This document shows positions 38,813 through 48,750 of a stretch of DNA of 60,086 nt, in pieces. The stretch is from assembly GCA_018303755.1 (NCBI GenBank), contig JAGVXO010000008.1:1-60086 (forward strand), read 5' to 3'. Position numbers and translations under genes: made by a program. Within the stretch, counting starts at the first letter, position 1, and every line of letters begins with the position of its first letter. The notes beneath the pieces were generated by a model. That model had not been told where the DNA came from. It searched no databases and saw only the letters and a list, made by a program, of their open reading frames with translations. This stretch comes from Candidatus Pacearchaeota archaeon (GTDB lineage: Archaea > Nanobdellota > Nanobdellia > Pacearchaeales > GW2011-AR1).

Positions 38813-41800
38813 TTATGCAGAAACTTTCGCAACAGCAGTATCAATTCTTGTATTCGCAGCTTTAATCTTCTTTAATAATTCTCCAGACTTCTCTGTTTTA
38901 ACCGCTGTAACAACTCCATCAATCATACATCCAACTTCCCTTGAATTAAGATTAAGCAAAATATCATTTCCTGCTTTAACTGCAAGAACCGCTCTGTCTT
39001 CACAGGAGTATTTACTCAAAGAATTAGCATTCAAAGCATCAGTAATAACCAATCCATCCCAACCCCCAAATTCCGGCATGTTGTGGGGATTAAGCCCAGG
39101 CACAAATACAGCAGGAGTTTTTTTGTCCCAAGGAACATCCTTTCCATTATAAATAATATTACTCATCATAATTGCGTCTAAATTATCTCGTAAATCAATA
39201 AATGGTTTCATATTAGTAGTTTTAATTGATGTAAAAGATTCATCTGCAGTAACGATATTTTCATCACTATTTCCATCCTTATCAGATTCATGGCTAATAT
39301 ATCCGGGAAAATGTTTTCCTGTGACTAAAACTTTTCCTGTCATATCTGAAATAAATTGTGTTGCGCAAAGTTTAATTCCCTCAACACTATTAGAAAATGA
39401 TCTCTTATTATTTCCCATAAAATCTGTATCTTCTGCTATATCCAACACAGGCGCAAAATCAATGTTAATACCCATATTATACATTTTTTGCGCAGCATTA
39501 GAAAATGCATTATTAAACGCTAAAAAATCATCCCCCGCCAATGCCTCGCTGCATAATGTCCGAGGATATCCAAGATTAACCCCTAATTTTTCCAACCTAT
39601 TAACTCCCTTACCCTCAACATCTGCTGAAATTAATTTAATCCCTTTCTTCTTGCAATCTGCGATTAATGTTTTAACTTGATTTTCAGAGTTAACATTGTA
39701 TCCCATAATAATAACTCCTCCAATATAACTTCCCTTATATTTGACAATATCCTCGTCACAAGTCGTTGTAGCACCAGCAGAAGGCACAGTCATTATCATT
39801 TTCGCAATCATTGGAACAAGTTCAGCCTCGGTTGGAATTTCGGTAGAAGTTGTTTGTGCAGGGACAGGTGTAGTAGAAGACGAACTACCCTCTGCAGAAC
39901 GAACAATAATTACAACTTGTTCAACATCTTCCTTATCAGATGTTCCATCACCAGTAATATCGCAACTCTTTTGTTCTTGTGGAGGGAATAAACCAAAGAC
40001 ATCTATATAATCAACAAAAGATTCAATAAAATTTTTCTTATCATTATTAATTGAGTCTTGCAATGCCTGCGCATCTGCCATTGTGAGAATTCCATCCGCA
40101 TTAATGTCTCCATTTTCAGGACAAGTCCTAACGCCCGTGGTTGAAATGGGGGTTGTGGGAGTTGTGGAAGTATCACTAAAAACCCCTGCATTTTTAATAG
40201 CATTATATTTTTCAACGATATTATTACAATAATATACATGAGTTGTTTCTCCATTTATAGTTTGATCATCTTCACAACGACCAAAATATTTTTTTGCAGC
40301 AGCTTTAATTTTTTCATCAGTCCATCCATTAGAATCAATCGTACCTGCGCCCTTCTTTAAATAAACTCCTGCAGCATAAAATGAATCTTTAATTTTTAAT
40401 GGGCTCAACAAAGTTTTACCCATTATTCCTCCAGTTTCCTCAATTACTTCTTCCCACGTGCCCACATCAGGATTAGCCTTTCCTGTGGGGGTAGTTTCTA
40501 TAATCTCCAAATTTGGATAATTTTTTTTCAAATAATTTTTACCTATTCTAAACTGCATTGGTCCAAAAACATTATATCCATTATTCCAATTACATACTCT
40601 TCCAGAAGGAGGGTCAATATCCTCGCTTATCCAACCTCGAACATCATCTAGATTATTTTTTGCATCATACCATAAATGAGTACCTTTTGATTCCTTACCA
40701 TCTCCACATTCTTGATGAGAAATTGCTGCAAGAAGTTCTGGAGGCACACCAGTTTTTTTAGATGCTTCTTTAAATAAAGGAATTAAAATATTTGGAATCT
40801 CAATATTTGTCCCACTAACTGCGGTTGTACCAGTCGCACTCGCCGTCCCCTGCCCATCCCTCTCCTCGCTCGTCGTCTCCTCTATCGTCGTTTTCGTCTC
40901 ATCATCTTCATGCTTCTCAACCAGCCACGCATCAAACAACGCCCTCGAATATCCATCATAAGCCCAGGCTTTTGTAAATTCAATGCGTGCTTTCTGAACA
41001 TCTGTTAATTGATAAGTATTTTCCAAGCGAGTTGCTTCTGTGTTTAATTCATTAATTAAATTTTTATAATCCTCTGATGAAACTGCTTCAAGCATAATAT
41101 CATCAGCAATTTCATTGAATGTATAAAAAGCAGTTCTTTCACTATCAGAACTAAGTAATGGTTTTACTTTTCCACCATCAACCTTAGCAGCTTCATCTGC
41201 TGCTTCATTAAGAGAAGCAATAGTTTTATCTAATGCTCCGTAATTTCCATCAGTTATTGCATCGCTTATTGACTCTCTGTCAATCCAGCACCTTATTTTT
41301 GTGCTGTCGCAATAACCAACATCTTGCCATCTTTCAGGAGATGTCGGCTCGCCAGGATTATTTGTTGCGCAAACTCGAGTAATTCCTCTGTTATATAATT
41401 CAGGCATCGCTGCTTCTTCAACACCTGATTGGCGATTTGGATTTAGCAAACCATAAGCACTTGCAGTCCCTGAAATGCAGGTTTTCTCTGAAGTTATTTT
41501 TGTATTGCCTGCCTGTTGTTCAATATATTTATCTCTTAAATAATTCAAAGCAAAGCTTGTTGAAACCTGCTTAAACCCGCACTCTTCCTGCGTATTAACT
41601 CTTACACAAAGTTGTTTAAATCCAGAAGGCGCAATAAAGTCCTTTGCCTGGTCAACATATCCCCCTGCAGGAACATAGCCAGTATCAACAACATAACTTC
41701 CCGAACTTTCAAAATAAGAAATTCCGGTTGAATCTTTTAGATAAACACTATATTGTGTTCCTTGATCTGCTCCTGAAAATATATGATAATAAACTTTATA

Positions 41801-44800
41801 GTGTGATTGAGCAGGAACTGTTGCAGTTGTCTGCGGAATCTCATCAAACCACGCAGCAAACTGAGGAGGAGAATCTGGCTCTATTAGTGCCTTAAATTTA
41901 TTAGGATATGCAATAGAAACAAAAGATTTGCATACAGAAGTTCCAACTTCCTGAGTTGAACGAACCCTAAATGCATTCATTGCATTTATAGCATAATAAT
42001 TTTTAAAATAATCAATTGATTTCTGCATATTTTCCCACGCACTGGCAACACTCAAGTATTCACCTCCGCCTCTCGCTCCCTGCCCTGTAACTTTCTCAAG
42101 AAGTTTAGGAATAATTGTATTTATTAAAGGAGAAAACTGCCTCCAGAAAAATTCGCATTTGTATATCGCTGTAACTTCGTCGCATATTCCCACATATCTT
42201 CCTGTATTAATATTTTCCTGCAAACAATCTCTTGATGCTTCAAGTATAGAAGTAAAGCTGTCAATTCCTGCTTTTATTCCAGTTAAACAAACAGGTACAA
42301 TAATTCCCTCTTTTGCATTAGGCAGACATAGAAAAATACTTCCGACAATTCCTGACTGCACAACATCGCTGACATGATATTTTCCTCCAAGATTGCATCT
42401 GCTCGCAGGGCATATCACAGGATCGCAGACATTAAACATTATCTGGCAGTCTTTAGGAGACATAAATTCTGCGCATGTAGTTCCAGGAATGCTTGCTGCA
42501 GGATTTCCAACTTTGTATTTATTTCCTCCAATACTAATTTCAGATATTCCTGCTTTGTATTTAGAAGATGCCTCTTCAAGCACCTTTATTGCCTTGCCTA
42601 CCCATGAATTTGTTTCCTGTTCTGACAAACCATAAAATGTTCCAATTTTTTGTCCTGTAAATGCATTAAACTGCTGACATATATCATCGCCAAATCCAGC
42701 ATCAAACTCCTCTCTTCCATTTGTGCCAACATTGCAAAGCCAGAAACTTGAAACTCTTCCTGACTCTTGAAATGCTTCAACATTTCCAAATGAAGAAATA
42801 ATTGGTTTTGTAGCAGCATACCATCCCTTATTAGTATCAATAGGCACAAGCGCAGCAAGTCCTTTATACGGCTCTGTTTCATGATAACGAACTTCAGGAT
42901 TTGTATATTTATTATTATAAGAATTTGCGTCGACTTTTGTGAATTGAGAATGCTCTGCAAGAACTTTTGTTTTTATTTGATCAGAAACTAAACTTCCATC
43001 TGTCTCAAAAACCCCAACAGGGGTATAAATATCAGAATCATCTATTGGTTGCAAAGTTACAAAATATTTTTTTATTTCAGAACCATCTCTATATAAAACT
43101 GCATGGACAGGAGTTCCTTGTGTAATTTGTCCTTTAGTTGCAAGAGCAGTATACCCATTATATACCTCACCCGGAATTTGCTGTCCCAAAGCATTAAGAT
43201 CTTTCGGCAAACTTACTCCAAGTCCTACTCCATCTCCCCACCCAGCAGCATTTGCCATTTCTGATGCCACACTCGTCGGATTGTTTGCCTGCTCTTCGCG
43301 CAGCCACGAAAGCTCACCATAAAGTTCGCTTTCTGCCATTGCTTTTATTCTCACATTAGTATCTTTTGATTGATAAACCCTTAAAAGAAGTTCTGTTCTC
43401 TGCAAATCACTAACTCCGACACTTCCTGGGTCTAATCCTTGCAGAATATTATTAGCATCTTGTGCAGTTAATTTCTTATCTTTATCATTTGCATCAATAA
43501 GCTCACTTACAAGAGAATATTTCTGAACAGCACCCAAATGTATCCCAATTGCTTTTTCTGTATCAACTGACTCTCCTCCGAAAATTCCTGATTTTGTCAC
43601 AGCATTTCCTGCTTCTTCTCTTGCCTTTATATCTTTATCATGCTGTGCTACAATTTGCTGATAAAACTTTACATCTGCATCAATTGCATCAGCATTTTTT
43701 CTGTAACAATCTTCCAAGTCATTATATTTTCCACTTGTCATTCCATATTTTTCAACCAAATCTCCAGGATTTCCGCTATTCGCCAATGCCTGATTACATA
43801 GTTCATTCCATCCTCCCTGCCCTTTCATTATCTGCTGTCTCGCAATTGCCCCTCCATTCATTCCTTCTGCAAGTGCCTTAACCTGCATAACAGCCGAAGT
43901 TGCAAAGCACGCAGCTTTCATTGTCTTGACAACTGTTCCAAGTGACTCAGAAATATTCTGCCATTTTGCAATGCTTTCATTTAATCTTTTTATTCTTTCA
44001 AGCGACTTTTCAGGATTAAGCTGTATTAATCTTTTTTCAATTCCAATTGCATAACTTACATTAACCACAGAGCTGACATCTTTAGTCACAGAATCAACTT
44101 TCACAACTGCCACTCGTTTCAAATTTATTTTCTTAACATAAATATTTTTGTTGCAAATTGCTTTTTGCGTTCCGACAGGAATTTCTTCAGATGCCTTCTC
44201 GGTTTTTCCAGCAGTATCAGTCGCACAGTTTGCAGAAACTTTTATTGAGTTGTCATCAAAAGATTCAAGCTGAATATTTTCACTATCACTATAATCAAGA
44301 TAATCTCCTTCTGTTATCCTCTTTAAATTTCCATTAACATTTACTTCAACACCTTTATCCTCGAACAGCGGCGCTTTAACAGAAACGAGGCGCACAGTAT
44401 GCGAATATCCGTCAATTTCAAAACTTCCTATTGCAGAACTCAAATCAAAATCATTCAATTTTTCAAACTCTGAAAAATCAATTTCGCCTTTATACTTGTC
44501 AGAATATTTTGTTATATATTCATACATTATTTTAAATTGATTTGTTCCTTGCGCAAGGCGGAGCAATTTTTCAACAGAAATTTTTCCATACTTTCCATTT
44601 TCAACAGCAGGATAATCCAAACTGCCATAATTTTCCTCAACATCGCCATAACCCTCTTTTGCTTTTCCAAATACTCCGCTAAATTCATTAGTTATAACTT
44701 CATTTTCAATAGAAGAAAATCCTGAAAAAGTAACTTTTGTTGTATCCTCTATTTCTCCACCTCTAATCATTATAATCTTAAATTTTTTATCCTCTTTTTT

Positions 44801-46120
44801 ATTTTGTTCCTCTATTTTTTTTGCAACATCTTCTGTCTTTGGAGTAAACGAAATTTCCTCTCCGAGATTATTAACCTCTTTTTCAATATCTTTAAATGAT
44901 TTTGGATTTACAGGTTGAACAAGCAGCACAAAATCAGTTGTCTTGTCAAATAATTTTCCAGCATATCCAAAATAATATTCTTCCTTAACTACATCGCCTA
45001 TTGAATACTCTTTTTGCTCACCGCCATCAACACTCAAAAAAACATTTCTTCTTCTCAATTCCAAAGCAAGTGTTTTTCCATTGCAGTCAATTCTCGCGCT
45101 TCCTGTTCCTGCTCCAAACGCCTGAACATCAAGCACTCTGCAGTTATAATCTTCTGCAAATTCAGCTCCTTTAATCACGTCAAAATTATCATTGTCAATT
45201 TCTATTCTCGCAGTCGGCTCAGGAAGTGCCAAATCAGAAAGCGTTGCAGTAAAACCAGAATTGCATAAATTGCCATCAAGATACAAAGGAGAAGAAATTT
45301 TCTTTGTATTAATTGTGAAACTTGAAATTCTCCTGTCAACATCCATATAAATTCCTATCTGCGCTTTGTCAGAACTTACAGATTCAACTCTTAAAAATGC
45401 CCTTCCATTCAGAAATGAAAATTCCTTGTATCTCTGATGCCATTCTTCATTTGTTAAAACGGGAATTCGCATTTCATTGACTCCTGTTCCAAATCCAACA
45501 GGCACATCATACTGAATTCGCGCAGTCATATTTCCTGTTACAAATTCAGGCATTGAACTTTCATTATACTGTCTTTTTATTATAAGAACAGCATAACCAA
45601 TATTATTAAAAGCTAAAAACCCGTTGCTATCTCTCTGCTGTGAAAGTGCAGAGCGTGGAGGATAGTATGCAATTCCAGCAAGTCCAGAAGGCGTCTGTCC
45701 TTGCGAAGTTAATATTACATTGCTCATTTTTTCTGCAGCAATAGTTGGATTAACCATAACTGCCTGCAATTTACAATAAACAAGAACATCCTGCTCTTCT
45801 AATAAATCACTTCTCACAACAGCAGGCGTGCATCCTCCTGGTGCTATTTGAACAACAAAATCTTTCCTATCTCTGCATACTGCATTAATGTCAACAGAAC
45901 TTCCTCCATAATACCCTTGATAATTTCCTCCTGAAAAACTTCCAGAAAGTCCAGGTGCAAATGTCTGTGGATTTGATGATGAAAAACTTCCGCTTGTTCC
46001 AGAAGAACTAAATGCACTCGTTGTTTCACTTGTTGTGCTTACAGCATCTTCAGCACTAACAAAAACAGCAGCAGCTATTAAAAAAATTGCAATCAATGCA
46101 AAAGCAAATATTTTTCTCAT
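38813..46120 (-). CDS. Giant exported protein (2435 aa): Cys-rich N-terminal core + lytic transglycosylase-like + dockerin-like + GH3 NagZ-like domains
   Basis: Signal peptide; LLAAISHQEC/GPMQF; two DxxxDG repeats; ISADVEG, NIDFAPVLD, KHFPG, ITDAL, KAGNDILL. Confidence 0.85.
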   Translation of the reverse strand: MRKIFAFALIAIFLIAAAVFVSAEDAVSTTSETTSAFSSSGTSGSFSSSNPQTFAPGLSGSFSGGNYQGYYGGSSVDINAVCRDRKDFVVQIAPGGCTPAVVRSDLLEEQDVLVYCKLQAVMVNPTIAAEKMSNVILTSQGQTPSGLAGIAYYPPRSALSQQRDSNGFLAFNNIGYAVLIIKRQYNESSMPEFVTGNMTARIQYDVPVGFGTGVNEMRIPVLTNEEWHQRYKEFSFLNGRAFLRVESVSSDKAQIGIYMDVDRRISSFTINTKKISSPLYLDGNLCNSGFTATLSDLALPEPTARIEIDNDNFDVIKGAEFAEDYNCRVLDVQAFGAGTGSARIDCNGKTLALELRRRNVFLSVDGGEQKEYSIGDVVKEEYYFGYAGKLFDKTTDFVLLVQPVNPKSFKDIEKEVNNLGEEISFTPKTEDVAKKIEEQNKKEDKKFKIIMIRGGEIEDTTKVTFSGFSSIENEVITNEFSGVFGKAKEGYGDVEENYGSLDYPAVENGKYGKISVEKLLRLAQGTNQFKIMYEYITKYSDKYKGEIDFSEFEKLNDFDLSSAIGSFEIDGYSHTVRLVSVKAPLFEDKGVEVNVNGNLKRITEGDYLDYSDSENIQLESFDDNSIKVSANCATDTAGKTEKASEEIPVGTQKAICNKNIYVKKINLKRVAVVKVDSVTKDVSSVVNVSYAIGIEKRLIQLNPEKSLERIKRLNESIAKWQNISESLGTVVKTMKAACFATSAVMQVKALAEGMNGGAIARQQIMKGQGGWNELCNQALANSGNPGDLVEKYGMTSGKYNDLEDCYRKNADAIDADVKFYQQIVAQHDKDIKAREEAGNAVTKSGIFGGESVDTEKAIGIHLGAVQKYSLVSELIDANDKDKKLTAQDANNILQGLDPGSVGVSDLQRTELLLRVYQSKDTNVRIKAMAESELYGELSWLREEQANNPTSVASEMANAAGWGDGVGLGVSLPKDLNALGQQIPGEVYNGYTALATKGQITQGTPVHAVLYRDGSEIKKYFVTLQPIDDSDIYTPVGVFETDGSLVSDQIKTKVLAEHSQFTKVDANSYNNKYTNPEVRYHETEPYKGLAALVPIDTNKGWYAATKPIISSFGNVEAFQESGRVSSFWLCNVGTNGREEFDAGFGDDICQQFNAFTGQKIGTFYGLSEQETNSWVGKAIKVLEEASSKYKAGISEISIGGNKYKVGNPAASIPGTTCAEFMSPKDCQIMFNVCDPVICPASRCNLGGKYHVSDVVQSGIVGSIFLCLPNAKEGIIVPVCLTGIKAGIDSFTSILEASRDCLQENINTGRYVGICDEVTAIYKCEFFWRQFSPLINTIIPKLLEKVTGQGARGGGEYLSVASAWENMQKSIDYFKNYYAINAMNAFRVRSTQEVGTSVCKSFVSIAYPNKFKALIEPDSPPQFAAWFDEIPQTTATVPAQSHYKVYYHIFSGADQGTQYSVYLKDSTGISYFESSGSYVVDTGYVPAGGYVDQAKDFIAPSGFKQLCVRVNTQEECGFKQVSTSFALNYLRDKYIEQQAGNTKITSEKTCISGTASAYGLLNPNRQSGVEEAAMPELYNRGITRVCATNNPGEPTSPERWQDVGYCDSTKIRCWIDRESISDAITDGNYGALDKTIASLNEAADEAAKVDGGKVKPLLSSDSERTAFYTFNEIADDIMLEAVSSEDYKNLINELNTEATRLENTYQLTDVQKARIEFTKAWAYDGYSRALFDAWLVEKHEDDETKTTIEETTSEERDGQGTASATGTTAVSGTNIEIPNILIPLFKEASKKTGVPPELLAAISHQECGDGKESKGTHLWYDAKNNLDDVRGWISEDIDPPSGRVCNWNNGYNVFGPMQFRIGKNYLKKNYPNLEIIETTPTGKANPDVGTWEEVIEETGGIMGKTLLSPLKIKDSFYAAGVYLKKGAGTIDSNGWTDEKIKAAAKKYFGRCEDDQTINGETTHVYYCNNIVEKYNAIKNAGVFSDTSTTPTTPISTTGVRTCPENGDINADGILTMADAQALQDSINNDKKNFIESFVDYIDVFGLFPPQEQKSCDITGDGTSDKEDVEQVVIIVRSAEGSSSSTTPVPAQTTSTEIPTEAELVPMIAKMIMTVPSAGATTTCDEDIVKYKGSYIGGVIIMGYNVNSENQVKTLIADCKKKGIKLISADVEGKGVNRLEKLGVNLGYPRTLCSEALAGDDFLAFNNAFSNAAQKMYNMGINIDFAPVLDIAEDTDFMGNNKRSFSNSVEGIKLCATQFISDMTGKVLVTGKHFPGYISHESDKDGNSDENIVTADESFTSIKTTNMKPFIDLRDNLDAIMMSNIIYNGKDVPWDKKTPAVFVPGLNPHNMPEFGGWDGLVITDALNANSLSKYSCEDRAVLAVKAGNDILLNLNSREVGCMIDGVVTAVKTEKSGELLKKIKAANTRIDTAVAKVSA

Positions 46121-47994
46121 GATGTTTTTACTTCAATTTTTTGAACATCGAGCAATTCATAATTTTTCTGCAACTGCTCTAAACCAACAGGAGGCGGAAG
46201 AAGAGGAACACTTATAGTTACCTTTCTCGAATTTTTCAGCTCATCTTCAAGAATAAACTTTGTTGTTTTTCCTCCTGCAATAAGCGCATTTGAAACTGTC
46301 TGCTCTGGGATATTAATATCAAAACACTGCTCTGTCTTTTTTCCAAAATATCCTAAAATTCCAGGAGATGCAACCATAGTGCATTTTCTTGTGCTTCCTC
46401 CAGGAATTTTCAAAGAAGCTGACGAAAATACACTCACACTTATATTATAAATTCCTTCTGATAATTTTATTGTTTTTTGCTGAGGATAAACTGCAACTCT
46501 CTTGTCATTTTCTCCATCAAAAGAAATAACTGCAATTCCGTTCTTGTCTCTTGCACCAAGCTCAATTCCTCCGACAATCGCTTCAATAGGCAGCTCATAA
46601 ACTTTTCTCATCATTATATTCGCAATTCCAGGGCTGTTTGTAGAAACATAGTAATTAGTTGTTTCATAACCGCTTGCAGAAGCAGTTATTCTTCCATTTA
46701 CGCACTGAGGAAAGTCAGAAGATAAAATCGCATCATTTCCAGAAAGTTTTGTTTTTCCAATAGCGCATTTTTCATTCAGGCATATAAAAGAAATATCTGC
46801 TTCAACAGGATTAATTAAATTATCATAAGTGAAAACATCTATTTTCGTATTTTTATAATTGCAGAATTCGTCCATAGAACTGCTTTCTTCTTCACTTGAT
46901 AATGCAAGGGAATTTCTCGGAACGCTTTTATCAACAACAACTGCAACAGGAAACTGGAATAATTCGCTTCCTTTATACACTTGAATAAGCGCAGGATGAT
47001 AAATATCATAGACAAAATGATAAGGCACATAACAGAATCCTATCACTCCAAGTCCCTGCTCAAGTCCTACTGGCTCTGCAATCATCATACCATTTTCAGC
47101 AGGCCATATTTCAACTCTTGTAGGCCAGGAACTATCATAAATAAACGCAATATTTGCATCGCTGTCAAAATTCAAATCAAAATATCCTTTATATTTTTTA
47201 TCTTTTGCAACGTTCTCATTCCTCAAAGCAGCAAGATTTGCAGAGATTCCTGTTTTTATTTCATCTACAACTTCTTGAGGATTCCACATCAATGGGCTGC
47301 ACGAAAATTCGACGCCTGTCGCAGGCGCATAATTATACATTACATCAACAGCATAATTTTCCAAAAATGCCTCTTTTTTCTCCTTATCATAAATCTCTTT
47401 TGCAGAATTATACAATTCTCCGAATTTAGTTTTTACTTCAATAGTATGTGATTTTTTTACAGCACTCGCATCTGCCTTTGATGCAGAAAGTGCCATAGAT
47501 ATACTAACAACAACCCTCTCATCATATATCTTAGTTTTTACTTCTGGCGTATCACTGTTAATTATAAATCCCTGTTTTCTAAGATTTGAAAAGTCGCATT
47601 TTATTATTTCGGTTTGGATAAAATCAGAAAACTGATTTTCAATCACTGATTTTGATGGTACCTGTTCTTTTATAACTCCATTTCCAGAAACATAATACCA
47701 ATAAGGAACAGGATTTCCAAGAAAATCAAGCTGTGAAGAAAAAGGCGCATAAGAGCTTCCTGGAGAAAAATCAGGCACTTCAATATATCCTGCCTGGCTT
47801 CCTGCAATCTTAGTTGCCTGAATTGTGCTTGACTCAACACAGCTGTCAAAAAGAGTATAAACACCATCAAATTCACTCTGCGCAGAACCTGGGAAAAGTT
47901 TATCTCTAAGCAAAAAAACAGCAACAACCGCTGCAACAAGAACAATCGCGATAATTACAAATAACGTAATTTGCCCTCTTTTAATCATATGCAA
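46117..47994 (-). CDS. Exported protein with class III (prepilin-like) N-terminus
   Basis: KRG|QITLFVIIAIVLVAAVV; stop overlaps the giant gene's start (ATGA). Confidence 0.7.
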   Translation of the reverse strand: MHMIKRGQITLFVIIAIVLVAAVVAVFLLRDKLFPGSAQSEFDGVYTLFDSCVESSTIQATKIAGSQAGYIEVPDFSPGSSYAPFSSQLDFLGNPVPYWYYVSGNGVIKEQVPSKSVIENQFSDFIQTEIIKCDFSNLRKQGFIINSDTPEVKTKIYDERVVVSISMALSASKADASAVKKSHTIEVKTKFGELYNSAKEIYDKEKKEAFLENYAVDVMYNYAPATGVEFSCSPLMWNPQEVVDEIKTGISANLAALRNENVAKDKKYKGYFDLNFDSDANIAFIYDSSWPTRVEIWPAENGMMIAEPVGLEQGLGVIGFCYVPYHFVYDIYHPALIQVYKGSELFQFPVAVVVDKSVPRNSLALSSEEESSSMDEFCNYKNTKIDVFTYDNLINPVEADISFICLNEKCAIGKTKLSGNDAILSSDFPQCVNGRITASASGYETTNYYVSTNSPGIANIMMRKVYELPIEAIVGGIELGARDKNGIAVISFDGENDKRVAVYPQQKTIKLSEGIYNISVSVFSSASLKIPGGSTRKCTMVASPGILGYFGKKTEQCFDINIPEQTVSNALIAGGKTTKFILEDELKNSRKVTISVPLLPPPVGLEQLQKNYELLDVQKIEVKTS

Positions 47995-48059
47995 AATAAA
48001 TAAATCACGTATATAAATGTTATTGGGTTAAGAAAAAAGAGAGTCAGAAGTAAAATAAA

Positions 48060-48131
48060 TGGCCCTGCCAGGAATCGAACCTGGGTTGCTTCCACGTCAA
48101 AGAGGCGTCTTAACCACTGGACCACAAGGCC
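48060..48131 (-). tRNA. tRNA-Val(GAC)
   Basis: Acceptor GGCCTTG/CAGGGCC, loop TTGACGT, T-arm CCAGG-TTCGATT-CCTGG; one C:A mismatch in the anticodon stem. Confidence 0.75.
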
Positions 48132-48175
48132 TTGAAAAAGCCAGTGCATAATCATATAAAAAATTATCCATAAGG

Positions 48176-48360
48176 TAAGTGCACACCCTGCGGAGCGCAC
48201 GTTTATTTAGTAAATCCCTAATCCGCAAGTATATTTGTTTCTTGAGTGCTCTTAATTAATGAGATTAAAATCAAAAAAAAGGAATGTAAAAAGGAATGTA
48301 AAAATGAAGATTCAATGAAAAGATGTTAAATTAGGAAAAGTTATAAGATGCTAAAAAAAT
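48176..48360 (+). repeat. Dispersed intergenic element (degenerate copy)
   Basis: GCACACCCTGCGGAGCGCAC..TAAATCC..CAATGAAAAGATGTTAAATTAGGAAAAGTTATAAGATGCTA. Confidence 0.55.
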
Positions 48361-48437
48361 CTCAAAATCCCAAACTAAAAAGCTTTAAATACCCTCTTCA
48401 AGATAAATCAATATAAATAAAAAGCACCATAATAAAA

Positions 48438-48749
48438 ATGAAAAAACCAAAAACAACAAACAGATTTTGCCCTTATTGCAAAAAGAAAACACTTCATAAA
48501 ATAAAGTTATTATCAACAGGAACTAAAAGAGGAACTCTTAAACGCGGTTCTCTTATAAGAGCAAAATGGCGCCACGCAATGCCTGGTATGGGAAACAAAG
48601 GAAGATACGGAAGCAAACCTCCTATAAACAAATGGAAAAGAAAAACAAAAAGCACAAAAAAACACGTGTTTATTTATACTTGCCAAACCTGCACTAAATC
48701 TCATCAATCTAAAAAAGGAATAAGAGTGTCAAAAGTAATGTTTGAATAA
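48438..48749 (+). CDS. rpl44e: 50S ribosomal protein L44e
   Basis: RFCPYCKKKTLH..KGRYGSKP..KSTKK..YTCQTC. Confidence 0.9.
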   Translation: MKKPKTTNRFCPYCKKKTLHKIKLLSTGTKRGTLKRGSLIRAKWRHAMPGMGNKGRYGSKPPINKWKRKTKSTKKHVFIYTCQTCTKSHQSKKGIRVSKVMFE

Positions 48750-48750
48750 A

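Noticed and set aside
47985-48200. 71-aa minus-strand ORF
   Set aside because: It is the tRNA-Val sequence read as codons
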